64,000 bases of DNA from Candidatus Berkelbacteria bacterium (GTDB lineage: Bacteria > Patescibacteriota > UBA1384 > JACPKC01): NCBI GenBank assembly GCA_016187225.1, contig JACPKC010000010.1, positions 234,283 to 298,282 of the forward strand. The letters are read 5' to 3'. A model generated the notes under the pieces. That model worked only from the letters and a program-made list of their open reading frames with translations, made no database searches and had not been told where the DNA came from. This document shows positions 26,588 through 38,031 of the stretch, piece after piece (position 1 is the first letter of the stretch; each line of letters starts with the position of its first letter). The position numbers and the translations under genes are program-made.

Positions 26588-29500
26588 TCAATGTTTGGCT
26601 TTTTCTTTGAGACGCTTACGAAAGCCGGTTCCGGCGGGAATCAGGCGACCAATGATTACATTCTCTTTAAGCCCGCGCAGTGGGTCGATGGCGCCACGCA
26701 CGGCGGCGTCGATTAATACGCTGGTTGTTTCTTGAAATGACGCCGCTGACAAAAAACTATCAGTTGTGAGAGCGATTCTGGTTACACCAAACAAAGTATC
26801 GTTAAAACGAATCAGTTTTTTGCCTTTAACCTTAAGCTTCTCATTTTCTCGTTCAATAGACCGTCTCTCTATAATCTGTCCCATTAGATATTTTGAATCG
26901 GCGCCGTCAAGAATCTGAACTTTAGAAAACATCTGACGGAGAATAATCTCTATATGTTTATCATTCACCTCTTGACCTTGAGAACTGTAAATTTGCTGAA
27001 TTTCGTGAACAATGTATTTTCGCGCCGCTTCTAATCCTTGATATTCCAAAAGTTTTTGCAAATCCAGGTGCCCTTCGGTAAGTGCTTGACCGCGTATGAC
27101 TTTTTCACCGGTTTTAACTTTGGCGCTTTGAGTTGAGGTAAGCGGATACTCTTTCACCAGTGGCTCGGTTGCCTGAATCATAACTGTTTTTCCCTTGAGA
27201 ACCACCTTGCCGCCCAGGAGGCTTCGGAGCGCTTTTTTGTCAATTGCGGAAGCGATCGCTTGTTTAGGATTAACGAGCTCATTATCCTTTACAATAATCT
27301 CGTAACCTTCAGGAATATCATGTGTTTCCGATCGGAGTTCTTCGGAAGCGACTCTAATGATGGTGCCATTTTTTCGGTCGCTAATACGTATGGCGCCTTC
27401 GATATCACTCATAATTGCCGGGCTTTTGGGCGAACGGGCCTCAAACAGCTCTTCAACTCGTGGCAAACCTGTAGTTACATCTTCACCCGTTGCAACACCG
27501 CCTGAATGAAAAGTATCGAGCGTGAGTTGAGTGCCAGGTTCGCCAATTGCTTGGGCGGCCATGATGCCAACCACTTCACCAAGTTCGATCAATTCACCGG
27601 TTGCCAAATCGCGCCCATAACATTTTTGGCACAAACCCCATTCAGCTCGACAATTCAAGGGTGAACGCACGCTAACACTTTCAATTTCGGATTCAGTAAT
27701 CAAGCGAGCGGCGACTTCGTCAATTTCTTGGTCTTTATCGATGATTTTTTTGCCAGTGACTTTAATCGCTTGCAAACTAAATCGACCGATTAAGCGCGAA
27801 GCATAGTCAATATTAAGTTCATCGGCATCAGCCCGTTTTACCTCGATCCCGGTGTCACTGCCACAATCGGCAATTTCAACAATTACATCTTGAGCAACAT
27901 CGACTAGCCGTCGGGTGAGGTAGCCTGAATCCGAGGTCCGAAGCGCGGTATCCGATTTTCCTTTTCGGGCCGCGTGAGTTGAGGTGAAATATTCAAGTTC
28001 TGTCAGACCTTCCTTGAAGTTGGAGGTAATTGCAGTCTCAATAATTTCACCGCTTGGATTAACCACCAAGCCTTTCATTCCGGCCATCTGATTGAGCTGG
28101 GTAGTCGAACCGCGCGCGCCTGATTTAACCGCGATGAAAACCGGCCCGTTTACGTCGTAACCTTCGACGACTTTCGCGCCAATTAAGTCTCGCGCTTTTT
28201 CCCAAAGTCGAATCGTTTGAATGCGGCGTTCATCATCTGTGATGAGGCCAAAGTGGTATTGTTCTTGAATTTTTTCGAGGTCCGAGCGAGTCTCTTGAAC
28301 GATCTTATATTTAGCATCTGGGATCTGGATGTCGTTCATGCTGATTGACATGCCTGAAAGTAAAGCGTGTTCAAAGCCGATTTTCTTAATTTTATCAACT
28401 GTCTCGGCCGTCGCGTCACCGCCGAGAAGTTTAAAACACTGGAAAATAAGTTTTTTGAGCGCCTTGGCATCCATCGATTCATTTAGATAACGCAATTCTT
28501 TTGGAATAACATTGTTGAAAAGAATCCGACCAACCGATGTTTCCATGATTTTAGGCGTGGCGCCTTCCTTGGGCGCTAAGAGAACTCTGATTTTAGCGCG
28601 GATGTGCAAGTTTCCCATTTGATAGGCTAAAATTGTCTCATTTTTGCCTGAAAAGGCTTTACCTTCACCACGCACGTTTTCTTGAAAAGTTGTCAGATAA
28701 TAAACGCCGTAAACCATATCGAGTCGCGGGGTGACAATCGGTTCGCCCGAAGCGGGTTTGAGCAGGTTCTTTTTTGATTGCATGATCTCTGACGATTCCC
28801 ATTGCGCCTGGCTTGAAAGCGGCACATGGACAGCCATCTGGTCACCATCAAAGTCGGCGTTGAAAGCTAGACATGCGAGAGGGTGAAGTTGGATCGCCTT
28901 GCCTTCAATTAGGACTGGTTTGAAAGCTTGAATGCCTAAGCGATGCAGAGTCGGCGCGCGGTTCAAAAGCACAAATTTTTCTGCTGTAACTTGTTCTAGC
29001 GCGTCCCAAACTTCTGGCGCGCCGCGTTCAATCAGCCGGGCGGCGTTTTTGACATTCTGAATATAGCCCTCCTGAATTAGACGACTAATAACGAAGGGTT
29101 TAAAAAGTTCAAGCGCCATTGTTTTCGGTAAGCCGCATTGATTAAGTTTGAGTTCCGGACCGACCACAATGACCGACCGCCCCGAGTAGTCGACGCGTTT
29201 ACCCAAGAGATTTTGACGGAATCGTCCTTGTTTGCCACGTAGCATATCTGACAGCGAACGCAAACGACGTTGCGTGGCGCCGGCGTTGACAGCTCGACCA
29301 CGTCGCGCTGAATTATCGATCAGAGAATCGATTGCTTCTTGAAGCATTCGTTTTTCATTCCTGCAGATCACCTCGGGTGCGCCTTGCGCGAGAAGCTTTT
29401 TCAAACGATTATTGCGATTCAAAACGCGGCGGTAAAGATCATTCAAATCCGAAGCGGCAAAACGTCCGCCATCGAGCTGTACCATTGGACGCAAATCAGG

Positions 29501-30373
29501 TGGAATCACTGGAATTCGCGTCATGACAAACCATTCAGGCTTGATACCCGCTGAAGAAATTTGCTTCAATAACTGCAAGCGTTTTACATAACGGCGGCGA
29601 ACTGTTTCACCCGCCTCCTCAATTTTTGCGCTCAAATCTTTCATGATCGCGTCTAAATTAAGTTCTTTCAAGAGCTCTAGAATCGCTTCGGCGCCTATTC
29701 CTACTCGAATTACATTGCCGTATTTAAGCGAAATCTGTTGATATTTTTCTTCGGATAAGATCGTGTACTTTTTGAGAGAAGCAAGCTCTTGTTTAGTTTG
29801 ACGATAGGCAGTTTCAATCTCGCGTTTTTGAGTGTCATTTAATTGACTATCTCCAACCAATTCTTGATACTCACCTTCTAGCTGGATCAAAAGCTCGGAG
29901 CGCAATTCTTCGTCAATTTCAAGCACAATAAAGCCTGCAAAGTAAATCACTTTTTCTAGGTCAGCGACCGAAAGATCAAGAAGCTGGCTTAAAGCGCTCG
30001 GGATGCCGCGAACGTACCAGATATGCGAAACTGGCGAAGCGAGCTCAATATGTCCCATCCGTTCGCGCCGAACTGAAGATCGAGTAACCTCGACGCCACA
30101 CTTGTCGCAAATGACACCCTTATAGCGGATTTTTTTGTACTTGCCGCAATAACATTCCCAATCTTTTGTTGGCCCAAAAATTCGTTCGTCGAACAAGCCG
30201 TCTCGTTCAGGTTTTTGAGTGCGGTAATTGATTGTTTCCGGTTTCAAAACCTCGCCGTATGACCAGGCTGAAATTTTTTCGGGGCTAGCGACAGAAATTC
30301 TGACTGAATTAAAATCCGTGAGGCGCAGAATACTTTCATTTGTCCGTTTGCCTTTTTGAGCTAGGTTTACCAT
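26588..30373 (-). CDS. rpoC: DNA-directed RNA polymerase subunit beta'
   Basis: 1261 aa with the [12 protein letters not shown] catalytic motif and the N-terminal Cys4 zinc site. Confidence 0.95.
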   Translation of the reverse strand: MVNLAQKGKRTNESILRLTDFNSVRISVASPEKISAWSYGEVLKPETINYRTQKPERDGLFDERIFGPTKDWECYCGKYKKIRYKGVICDKCGVEVTRSSVRRERMGHIELASPVSHIWYVRGIPSALSQLLDLSVADLEKVIYFAGFIVLEIDEELRSELLIQLEGEYQELVGDSQLNDTQKREIETAYRQTKQELASLKKYTILSEEKYQQISLKYGNVIRVGIGAEAILELLKELNLDAIMKDLSAKIEEAGETVRRRYVKRLQLLKQISSAGIKPEWFVMTRIPVIPPDLRPMVQLDGGRFAASDLNDLYRRVLNRNNRLKKLLAQGAPEVICRNEKRMLQEAIDSLIDNSARRGRAVNAGATQRRLRSLSDMLRGKQGRFRQNLLGKRVDYSGRSVIVVGPELKLNQCGLPKTMALELFKPFVISRLIQEGYIQNVKNAARLIERGAPEVWDALEQVTAEKFVLLNRAPTLHRLGIQAFKPVLIEGKAIQLHPLACLAFNADFDGDQMAVHVPLSSQAQWESSEIMQSKKNLLKPASGEPIVTPRLDMVYGVYYLTTFQENVRGEGKAFSGKNETILAYQMGNLHIRAKIRVLLAPKEGATPKIMETSVGRILFNNVIPKELRYLNESMDAKALKKLIFQCFKLLGGDATAETVDKIKKIGFEHALLSGMSISMNDIQIPDAKYKIVQETRSDLEKIQEQYHFGLITDDERRIQTIRLWEKARDLIGAKVVEGYDVNGPVFIAVKSGARGSTTQLNQMAGMKGLVVNPSGEIIETAITSNFKEGLTELEYFTSTHAARKGKSDTALRTSDSGYLTRRLVDVAQDVIVEIADCGSDTGIEVKRADADELNIDYASRLIGRFSLQAIKVTGKKIIDKDQEIDEVAARLITESEIESVSVRSPLNCRAEWGLCQKCYGRDLATGELIELGEVVGIMAAQAIGEPGTQLTLDTFHSGGVATGEDVTTGLPRVEELFEARSPKSPAIMSDIEGAIRISDRKNGTIIRVASEELRSETHDIPEGYEIIVKDNELVNPKQAIASAIDKKALRSLLGGKVVLKGKTVMIQATEPLVKEYPLTSTQSAKVKTGEKVIRGQALTEGHLDLQKLLEYQGLEAARKYIVHEIQQIYSSQGQEVNDKHIEIILRQMFSKVQILDGADSKYLMGQIIERRSIERENEKLKVKGKKLIRFNDTLFGVTRIALTTDSFLSAASFQETTSVLIDAAVRGAIDPLRGLKENVIIGRLIPAGTGFRKRLKEKAKH

Positions 30374-30376
30374 TGC

Positions 30377-33300
30377 TTACTCCTCATCACCTGGCATGAC
30401 TTCAGTCTCACTTGCTTGGGGCGGATTTTCTTCTTGCCCTGCAAGGAGTTCAGTTGTTTCCTTGTCCTGATCGACGCTCGCGGTTTTAGTCTCTGCTTCG
30501 GCCATTTGAGGAGCCTTGCGAGAGGCCGTACTTGGGTCGATACGCTCGCCCTGGGGTGTTAAGAGTTCGATGTCCAAACCCAGGCTTTGCAATTCGCGAA
30601 CCAAGACATAGAAGGAAGCAGGGATAGAAGGTTTTTGGATTTCTTCGGCGCGAATGATGGACTCATAAGCTTTACTGCGCCCAACAACGTCGTCAGATTT
30701 AATTGTTAACAGCTCCTGGAGAGTATGTGAAGCGCCGTAAGCTTCGAGTGCCCAAACTTCCATTTCACCAAACCGTTGGCCTCCAAATTGCGCCTTACCA
30801 CCAAGAGGTTGTTGAGTTACCATCGAATATGGACCGATCGAGCGGGCATGCATTTTATCGTCGACTAAGTGAATAAGTTTGAGAATGTAGTTATAGCCAA
30901 CGGTGGTAGTTTGATCAAAAGGTTCGCCAGTTCGGCCATCGTAAAGCTGAATCTTGCCATCTTCGGGTAAACCAACCTTCTTCAGTTCGGACTGGATAAT
31001 TTCTTCTTTAACACCTTCGAAGACCGGTGAAGCGATCGTTTGGTCAAGTTTATGCGCCGCCCACCCTAAATGAGTTTCAAGAATTTGTCCAAGGTTCATC
31101 CGCGAAACGACGCCTAACGGACTTAAAATGATGTCAATTGGTGTGCCGTCGGGCAGAAACGGCATCTCTGCCTCGGGCAGAATAACTGAAATTACACCCT
31201 TGTTGCCGTGTCGGCCGGCGAGTTTGTCACCGACCGAAATTTTTCGTAGTTGGGCAACCGAGACCTCGACAATCTGATAAACACCAGTTGAGAGTTCGTC
31301 ACCCGCTTCTTTAGAGAAAATTTTAATTCCAACAATTTTACCCCGCTCACCATGCGAGAGGCGAAGTGAGGTGTCTTTAACATCTTTCGCTTTCTCGCCG
31401 AAGATTGCTCGCAAAAGTTTTTCCTCGGCTGAGAGTTCAGTCTCACCTTTCGGAGTAATCTTGCCGACCAAAATATTGCCGGCTGAAACTTCGGCGCCAA
31501 TTCGGACAATCCCCTGTTCATCTAGATTGGCAAGCGCGTCTTCGCCGACGTTGGGAATATCACGCGTGATTACCTCTGGGCCGAGCTTGGTGTCTCGAAC
31601 TTCAATTGCATATTTCTCAATGTGAATTGAAGTATAACGATCTTCGCGGACGAGACGTTCTGAAATGATAACTGCGTCCTCGTAATTAAGTCCGTTATAC
31701 GACATATAGGCAACAAGAATGTTTTGCCCAAGCGCTAGTTCTCCACCTTGGGTCGAGGGACCATCGGCTAAAACATCGCCGCGTGCGACCGTGTCGCCAA
31801 CTTCAACGAGCGGTTTTTGATTGATGCATGTTGCCTGATTAGAGCGAACAAATTTATCAAGCCGATAGCGATCTTGAATTTTTTCTGCTTCGCCTTTGCC
31901 TTCAATGAGAATCTCATCCGCGCTTGCATACACAACCTTGCCGGCGCGACGAGCTACCACTGCACTTCCAGAACTCACGGCGGCTGGTCCTTCAAGACCA
32001 GTCCCGATCAGCGGCGCCTGCGGTCGAACCAAAGGAACCGCTTGGCGTTGCATATTTGAGCCCATCATCGCTCGAACCGGGTCGTCGTTTTCAACAAAGG
32101 GAATCAGCGCCGTGGAAATTGAAACGATTTGTTTGGGTGAAACGGTAACATATTGAATCTCGGAAACACTAACAAGCTCTGGTTTGCCGGCGCGCCGCGC
32201 GTACAGGCGATCAACTGTAAAACAGCGCGATTTATCGAGGGGCGAAGAAGATGGCGCGATCACCGAACCCTCTTCAGAAGCGGCATCAAGATAGACGAGT
32301 TCATCACTAACCGCGTATTTATTACCCTTCTGAACAACTTTTAGATAGGGTGTTTCAATAAAACCGAATGGATTAACGCGTCCATAACTTGCGAGATAAC
32401 CGACCAAGCCAATGTTCGGCCCCTCGGGGCTTTCGATCGGACAAATACGACCGTAATGAGAAGCATGAACGTCGCGCACTTCGAAACCAGCCCGTTCACG
32501 TGAAAGGCCGCCGGGTCCAGTCGCATTCAGGGTGCGCTTGTGCTCGAGTTCTGCCAGCGGATTGGTTTGGTTCATAAACTGAGACATCTGCGAACTCGCA
32601 AAGAATTCTTGCAGGATCGCAACAATCGGGCGATTATTTACGAGCGAAGCTGGCGTAAGAGCAGTTGGATCGGCAACTGACATGCGATCTTTGACGATCC
32701 GCTCGGTTCGCAAAAGTCCAACCCGCAAGCGCCCTTGAAGAAGTTCACCAACAGCTCGCACGCGGCGATTCTTGAGGTGATCGACGTCATCGGCTTTGGC
32801 TATCGGATCATTATTGAGTCGAATAATTTCTCGGATAACCTCAATCACATCTTCAAGGCGTAGAATCCGATTTTGACCATTTTTTATCGGCTCGAGATTG
32901 AGTCGTTGGTCGAGCTTATAACGCCCAACTCGACCCAAATCATAACGCTTGGGGTTGAAGAGCATGGTTTCAAGAAAACTTTTAGCGGTTTCGGCGGTTA
33001 CTAGGTCACCAGGTCGAATGCGTTTATAAACTTCAACGAGAGCGTCTTCATAGCTAGCGGTGATATCGCGTGCGAGCGTGGTTTCAATGTATCTATGATT
33101 TTCGTCGGTATCCACACCTTGAAATGCTTGCTGAATTTGCGCTTTCGTTAAACCGCCGATTGCTCGCAAGAAAGTACTAATCGGAATTTTTCGCTTTCGA
33201 TCGATCTTAATAGAAATGACATCGCGGCCACTCGTCTCAAATTCTAGCCAAGCTCCGCGTGAAGGAATAATCTTTGCGCCAAAAAGTTTTCGACCAGCGA

Positions 33301-33745
33301 CTTCTTCGGCGCTAAAAAGAACACCATAGGAACGAACAATTTGTGAAACCACAACCCGTTCAACGCCATTAATAATGAATGTTCCGCGACCCGTCATGAT
33401 CGGAAAGTCTCCTAAATAGACGTCGCCTTTTTTTATCCTTTTAGTCAGTTTATTGTTGAGTGTAACTTTACAATGAAGCGGAGCTTTGTAGGTAAGGTTG
33501 CGAGATCGAGCGGTTAACTCTGTGATTTTTGGTTGATCGAGAGTGTATTCGCCAAACTCAAGAGTGTAATTTTCGCCAGTAAAATCTTCAATCGGCGAGA
33601 TCTCATCAAGCAGTTCACGCAAACCTTCGCGGAAAAACCAATCATAGGAAGCGGTTTGAATCTCAATTAAATCAGGTAGAGCAATTGAGATTGGAAGCTC
33701 TTTATATTGAGTTCTGGGCATTGATTTCTCCAACTCGCCATTCAA
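30377..33745 (-). CDS. rpoB: DNA-directed RNA polymerase subunit beta
   Basis: 1122 aa with conserved beta-subunit blocks (GPGGLSRERAGFEVRDVH…). Confidence 0.95.
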   Translation of the reverse strand: MNGELEKSMPRTQYKELPISIALPDLIEIQTASYDWFFREGLRELLDEISPIEDFTGENYTLEFGEYTLDQPKITELTARSRNLTYKAPLHCKVTLNNKLTKRIKKGDVYLGDFPIMTGRGTFIINGVERVVVSQIVRSYGVLFSAEEVAGRKLFGAKIIPSRGAWLEFETSGRDVISIKIDRKRKIPISTFLRAIGGLTKAQIQQAFQGVDTDENHRYIETTLARDITASYEDALVEVYKRIRPGDLVTAETAKSFLETMLFNPKRYDLGRVGRYKLDQRLNLEPIKNGQNRILRLEDVIEVIREIIRLNNDPIAKADDVDHLKNRRVRAVGELLQGRLRVGLLRTERIVKDRMSVADPTALTPASLVNNRPIVAILQEFFASSQMSQFMNQTNPLAELEHKRTLNATGPGGLSRERAGFEVRDVHASHYGRICPIESPEGPNIGLVGYLASYGRVNPFGFIETPYLKVVQKGNKYAVSDELVYLDAASEEGSVIAPSSSPLDKSRCFTVDRLYARRAGKPELVSVSEIQYVTVSPKQIVSISTALIPFVENDDPVRAMMGSNMQRQAVPLVRPQAPLIGTGLEGPAAVSSGSAVVARRAGKVVYASADEILIEGKGEAEKIQDRYRLDKFVRSNQATCINQKPLVEVGDTVARGDVLADGPSTQGGELALGQNILVAYMSYNGLNYEDAVIISERLVREDRYTSIHIEKYAIEVRDTKLGPEVITRDIPNVGEDALANLDEQGIVRIGAEVSAGNILVGKITPKGETELSAEEKLLRAIFGEKAKDVKDTSLRLSHGERGKIVGIKIFSKEAGDELSTGVYQIVEVSVAQLRKISVGDKLAGRHGNKGVISVILPEAEMPFLPDGTPIDIILSPLGVVSRMNLGQILETHLGWAAHKLDQTIASPVFEGVKEEIIQSELKKVGLPEDGKIQLYDGRTGEPFDQTTTVGYNYILKLIHLVDDKMHARSIGPYSMVTQQPLGGKAQFGGQRFGEMEVWALEAYGASHTLQELLTIKSDDVVGRSKAYESIIRAEEIQKPSIPASFYVLVRELQSLGLDIELLTPQGERIDPSTASRKAPQMAEAETKTASVDQDKETTELLAGQEENPPQASETEVMPGDEE

Positions 33746-33871
33746 TAGCTAGAAAACTGTCCGTGAACACAAAAATTAGTCGCACGTACAACGACTTTCC
33801 TCCAGGTCTAGGTTCTGGATCCTCTAGGCGCCACTCTCTTCTTTCGACGCAATAATTGTGATTTAGTTAAG

Positions 33872-33899
33872 ATACTATCAGCAAGATGAAATTTGTCAA
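33872..33899 (-). promoter_or_regulatory. sigma-70-like promoter upstream of rpoB
   Basis: Minus strand reads TTGACA, a 16-nt spacer, then (TGa)TAGTAT, about 125 nt upstream of the rpoB start. rpoB therefore appears to have its own promoter rather than being co-transcribed with rplKAJL. Confidence 0.45.
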
Positions 33900-33963
33900 G
33901 CCCCAATTTTCTGTAAAGATAGGCGAGTGCGGAAACGAAAGAATGTATCAAAGAAGGTATATT

Positions 33964-34959
33964 TCACGTTCTAATCAAGTTTAGGAGTTTGGCAATTCGG
34001 CTTTGCAATTCGTTCAGACCCTGGCCTGAAACGCTACTTAGAACGATTGGATGAAATGAATTAATTTTGATTTTCCGTTTTAGTTGTTCTGTTTTCGGCA
34101 ATGTGTCGGCTTGAGAGAGGACTACGATTTCAGGCTTCGCGATTAGGTCTGGGTTAAAGTTTTTTAATTCAGTGCGAATTTGAGCATAGGCTCTGTCTGG
34201 GTCCGCATTTTGCAAACTAATAAGATGAACCAAAATTTTTGTGCGGCTAAGATGGCGCAAAAATTTGTGTCCCAAGCCTTTACCTACGGCCGAACCAGCG
34301 ATCAAACCCGGAATGTCCGCCATTACAAAGCGAGTCTTATCGAATTCGGCAACACCAAGATGTGGTTCAAGTGTAGTAAAAGGATAGTTAGCAATTTTTG
34401 GACGAGCCTGGCTTAGGCGAGCAAGTAAAGTTGACTTGCCAGCGTTTGGCAAACCGATTAAACCGACATCCGCCAGATGGTGAACAATGAGCCGCAGGTG
34501 TTTCTTCTCGCCTGCTTGTCCGAGTGTAAATTCTCTTGGTGTCTGGTGAGTAGCTGTGGCAAAGTGCACATTCCCCAATCCGCCCCGGCCACCCCGCGCG
34601 ATACAAAATAACGAAGCGCTGGAGCTTACAAGATCGACGACAAATTTAGCTTGATTTTTCGAGTCCAACTCATAAATCTGTGTGCCTGGCGGGAGGTCGA
34701 TAGTTAAATTAGCGCCGGATTTACCCGATTGTCTTTTAGGTCTGCCCGCCTCGCCATTTTTTGCTCTGTAAAATCGAGTCGCAGTATGAGCGGCTAGACC
34801 ATGAATATTTTCTCTCACTCGAAAATAAACACTCCCGCCTATTCCGCCATCGCCGCCATCTGGCCCACCTTTAGGAACGAATTTTTCACGCCTAAATGAG
34901 GCGACGCCGTCTCCGCCTCGTCCTGCCTCTATTTTTATCTCTGCCTCATCGATAAACAT
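33964..34959 (-). CDS. obg: GTPase Obg/CgtA
   Basis: MFIDEAEIKIEAGRGGDGVASFRREKFVPKGGPDGGDGGIGG, the Obg fold N-terminus, plus a GTPase domain. Confidence 0.9.
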   Translation of the reverse strand: MFIDEAEIKIEAGRGGDGVASFRREKFVPKGGPDGGDGGIGGSVYFRVRENIHGLAAHTATRFYRAKNGEAGRPKRQSGKSGANLTIDLPPGTQIYELDSKNQAKFVVDLVSSSASLFCIARGGRGGLGNVHFATATHQTPREFTLGQAGEKKHLRLIVHHLADVGLIGLPNAGKSTLLARLSQARPKIANYPFTTLEPHLGVAEFDKTRFVMADIPGLIAGSAVGKGLGHKFLRHLSRTKILVHLISLQNADPDRAYAQIRTELKNFNPDLIAKPEIVVLSQADTLPKTEQLKRKIKINSFHPIVLSSVSGQGLNELQSRIAKLLNLIRT

Positions 34960-34976
34960 GCCAGGCAGTTTAACAC

Positions 34977-35858
34977 TTAAAAGGGTGTGAGAACAGAACC
35001 ATTCCGCCGAGTTTCGAAATGTAAGTGCGGACCCGTTGAAAATCCCGTATTCCCAGAATAGGCAATTACTTGACCTTGGGAGACATCTTCGCCGGCACCA
35101 ACAGCTACCCTTGAAAGGTGGGCGTAGCGCGTTGTGAGTCCGCCGCCGTGGTCAACTAACACTGATATGCCGAAACCACCGGCCCAACCCTTCGTGACCT
35201 CAATCACGCGTCCGGTTTGCGCAACCTTAACACTGGTGCCTTCATTTGCTCGATAATCGATGCCCATATGGAAACGCGAGACACCACGCGTGATGCCGTT
35301 GTGGGCAATTGGCACGATAAAGTTCGTCCCTACCGAGCCGCTAAAGCCGCCCGATACACGCTCACGAGTTGTCGTTTTTCCTCGTGCCAAGCGCCGTTCT
35401 TGTTCTTGAGCTTGCTTCTTGGCTTCAGCTAGTTTTCGAGTCCGTTCTTCTTCCTTCTTTTGGTTCAACTGCACTAACCAATTCTTAGAATCCGTTGTGT
35501 CGGTGGGGGGAATGATTAAAATTTTGCCGGGCGCAATTTTTTCGATCTCGTCGATGCTGATGTTATTGCGTTCGGCGATTGTCGCAACGTGCAGGCCAAA
35601 TTTATCTGCGATTGCGGTAATGGTATCGCCATCTTGGACAGAGTACTGGGTCTCAAGCTTAGTTGCCTCTGTGACAAATTGATTTTCGACGTTTTCGCGT
35701 CCTACAAAACCCGAATTCATAGTTGAATCAATCGACTGATTTAAGTCGACATTGCTTTCATTGATAATTGGCGTGTATTGGTCGAGCGAGGCAAGAATGC
35801 CATTGGCCAGGATCGGCTCAAAATTCAAATATTGCTGTTGAGCGCTGGAAGCGTACAC
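34977..35858 (-). CDS. LysM-domain M23 family metallopeptidase
   Basis: LysM (DGDTITAIADKFG) plus M23 motifs (HMGIDY…, HLHFE). Confidence 0.8.
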   Translation of the reverse strand: MYASSAQQQYLNFEPILANGILASLDQYTPIINESNVDLNQSIDSTMNSGFVGRENVENQFVTEATKLETQYSVQDGDTITAIADKFGLHVATIAERNNISIDEIEKIAPGKILIIPPTDTTDSKNWLVQLNQKKEEERTRKLAEAKKQAQEQERRLARGKTTTRERVSGGFSGSVGTNFIVPIAHNGITRGVSRFHMGIDYRANEGTSVKVAQTGRVIEVTKGWAGGFGISVLVDHGGGLTTRYAHLSRVAVGAGEDVSQGQVIAYSGNTGFSTGPHLHFETRRNGSVLTPF

Positions 35859-36004
35859 AAAACGACTTTGGTCGGCTTGAAAAAGGTTCCAACCAATTAC
35901 AAGAGCGCTTAGGCAAAAAAAGACTACATGTCGATGCGGAGAAATACCGCCTCCTCTGTTGCAAACATTCTTACCAAGTTTGCGAGTTTGGTCAAATTCA
36001 GGTA

Positions 36005-37228
36005 TTAGTTGGAGGTTTTCCCCAGGTCAACTACCACAGTTTGAGGTGAGACGCCAACCACACTTAAGCCGCTTGGAACTTTTATTTGCTCTTTGCCAAT
36101 AAGGAGTGTTTGCTTGCCAGATTCAAGCGTGACCGGAAGCGTGAGTTCAAATAAAATTTGATCTTCTTTGAGCTTCGCAAGCTGATCAATTGAGCCGTGA
36201 ATTTGAACCTCAGCTAATGTTGGCGCAATTGAAATTATTTCTAAGCCAGCCGTTGGAGCTGTCAGATGAATTGGAACTGAAAAAGATCGCGTTAGCCCCA
36301 CCGTTCCAAGTTCAACCGAGATTGAGACGGTATTGACCGGTGGCTCAACTAGACGGATGCCGGCTGGTAGCTCAAGAGTCGATTCGAAAGTTTTGCTCTC
36401 ATTTAAATTTGAGAGATCAATTGCTGTTGTTGTCAAAGATCGCGTTTGAGCTAGCGCCCCAAGCGCGCCATTAATAGTGACGACGCTCGGCGCGACACTT
36501 AGAGATTCAATGACCTTGCCGCCGGGGAGTTGGCCTTGGGTCTGAACCGTGACACCAACTGTTTTAACGTTACTCGCTCGTACAATCGAAGCAGTTACTT
36601 CAACTTCGTGTTGAGCGAGGGTGAGTGAAGTTTTGGAAAGGTCGAGCGTCTCTGGAAGGTGAATTTCAATTTGACGCTTAACAATATCGCGTTCACCATT
36701 CAATGCCAGTTTGCCAAGCGCTTCCGTGACTTGATTAAGTTGGCTCATGGCACCTGCAACTTGGACGGTCGCTGGAGAAATGGTGATGTCGCCGGTCGCA
36801 AAACCGTCCGCTGGCTCGCCTTCAATTTGAATCCGAATTGGGATTTCTTTTGTCTCAATCGGCTCCAATCGCAAAAGCAGACGATCCGGTTCAATGCGTA
36901 AAATATCAACATTATTCAACTTGCTTGTCACTTGGATCGGTCGATCCACTAGGCCCGCTTGAGCATTAAAAAGATCGACCGTGGCTTCAAAGGAATTAGG
37001 ATTGAATTGTTGCCAGAGTGTCGGTTCGGCGCTGATAGTGACTTGCACTTTTTCTTCTTCCATAAGAGGAATCAACCCAGTTGGGATGTTTTCGAGTGTA
37101 ATCGGAATGCCACCTGGGAATAAAGCAACTCTCTGTTGACTACTACTGACAATGAGCCACAAGAAAAGCGCGAAGCCTAAACATAGAATTTGAGCAATCC
37201 TATCTCGTCCTAATCGCCAGTGAATCAT
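36005..37228 (-). CDS. cdaR: YbbR-domain protein, CdaR-like regulator of diadenylate cyclase
   Basis: 407 aa with an N-terminal TM helix and repeated YbbR-like beta domains. It overlaps and follows cdaA. Confidence 0.65.
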   Translation of the reverse strand: MIHWRLGRDRIAQILCLGFALFLWLIVSSSQQRVALFPGGIPITLENIPTGLIPLMEEEKVQVTISAEPTLWQQFNPNSFEATVDLFNAQAGLVDRPIQVTSKLNNVDILRIEPDRLLLRLEPIETKEIPIRIQIEGEPADGFATGDITISPATVQVAGAMSQLNQVTEALGKLALNGERDIVKRQIEIHLPETLDLSKTSLTLAQHEVEVTASIVRASNVKTVGVTVQTQGQLPGGKVIESLSVAPSVVTINGALGALAQTRSLTTTAIDLSNLNESKTFESTLELPAGIRLVEPPVNTVSISVELGTVGLTRSFSVPIHLTAPTAGLEIISIAPTLAEVQIHGSIDQLAKLKEDQILFELTLPVTLESGKQTLLIGKEQIKVPSGLSVVGVSPQTVVVDLGKTSN

Positions 37229-38022
37229 TTCATCGTCCTTGGTAAAATTAACTGAAGGAGTCGACGTTCTACTTGATCGCGATCCGGCCTAGAAACTTTG
37301 CCACGATGAATAATCGAAATTCCGCCCGTCTCTTCAGAAACTACAATGACAACCGCGTCAGTGTCTTTTGTAACCCCTAGAGCGGCTCGGTGGCGGGTGC
37401 CTAGAGAGCGATCGATTGTCTCATTGTCGAGAGGCAGGAAGGCGCTTGCCGCGACAATTTTGTTACCGCGAATAATCACTGCGCCATCGTGCAGAGGTGT
37501 TTTCGGAGAAAAAATTGATAGCAACAACTCCTGCGAAATTGCGGCATTCAATTGAACCCCGCTATCTGCGAAATCTTTAATCCCTGTTTGGCGCTCAACA
37601 ACAATCAAGGCTCCGATCTTATTTTGTGAAAGCCTAAGAGTTGCTTGGGCAAGAGTGGTAACGATATTTGAAACAGCCTCTTTAGATTGCCCTAAAAATC
37701 CCGGCACTAATTCGCCGCGGCCCAAGCGTTCTAGGGCTGAACGTAATTCCGGCTGGAAAACGATTGGAATAGCGACTAAAGCTACGGTCACAAGTGAACG
37801 AAGTAGAAAGTTGAGAACGATTAGATTCAAGTATTGAGCTATGAAATAAAACAGACCCAAGATAACTATTCCATATAAAATGCGCTCGGCGCGCGTCTGT
37901 CGGATCAGGAGATAGAGACCGTAGAAAATTGTCGCCACAATTAAAATATCAACTAGCGAATTCCAGTTAAACAGTGCGAACGTAGCAATCGTTTCCAGAA
38001 CCCCTCCCCGGCTTGAATCCAT
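37225..38022 (-). CDS. cdaA: diadenylate cyclase CdaA (DisA_N domain)
   Basis: Three N-terminal TM helices plus DAC-domain motifs (DGAVII, RHRAALG). Confidence 0.85.
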   Translation of the reverse strand: MDSSRGGVLETIATFALFNWNSLVDILIVATIFYGLYLLIRQTRAERILYGIVILGLFYFIAQYLNLIVLNFLLRSLVTVALVAIPIVFQPELRSALERLGRGELVPGFLGQSKEAVSNIVTTLAQATLRLSQNKIGALIVVERQTGIKDFADSGVQLNAAISQELLLSIFSPKTPLHDGAVIIRGNKIVAASAFLPLDNETIDRSLGTRHRAALGVTKDTDAVVIVVSEETGGISIIHRGKVSRPDRDQVERRLLQLILPRTMK

Positions 38023-38031
38023 TGTCTTTTA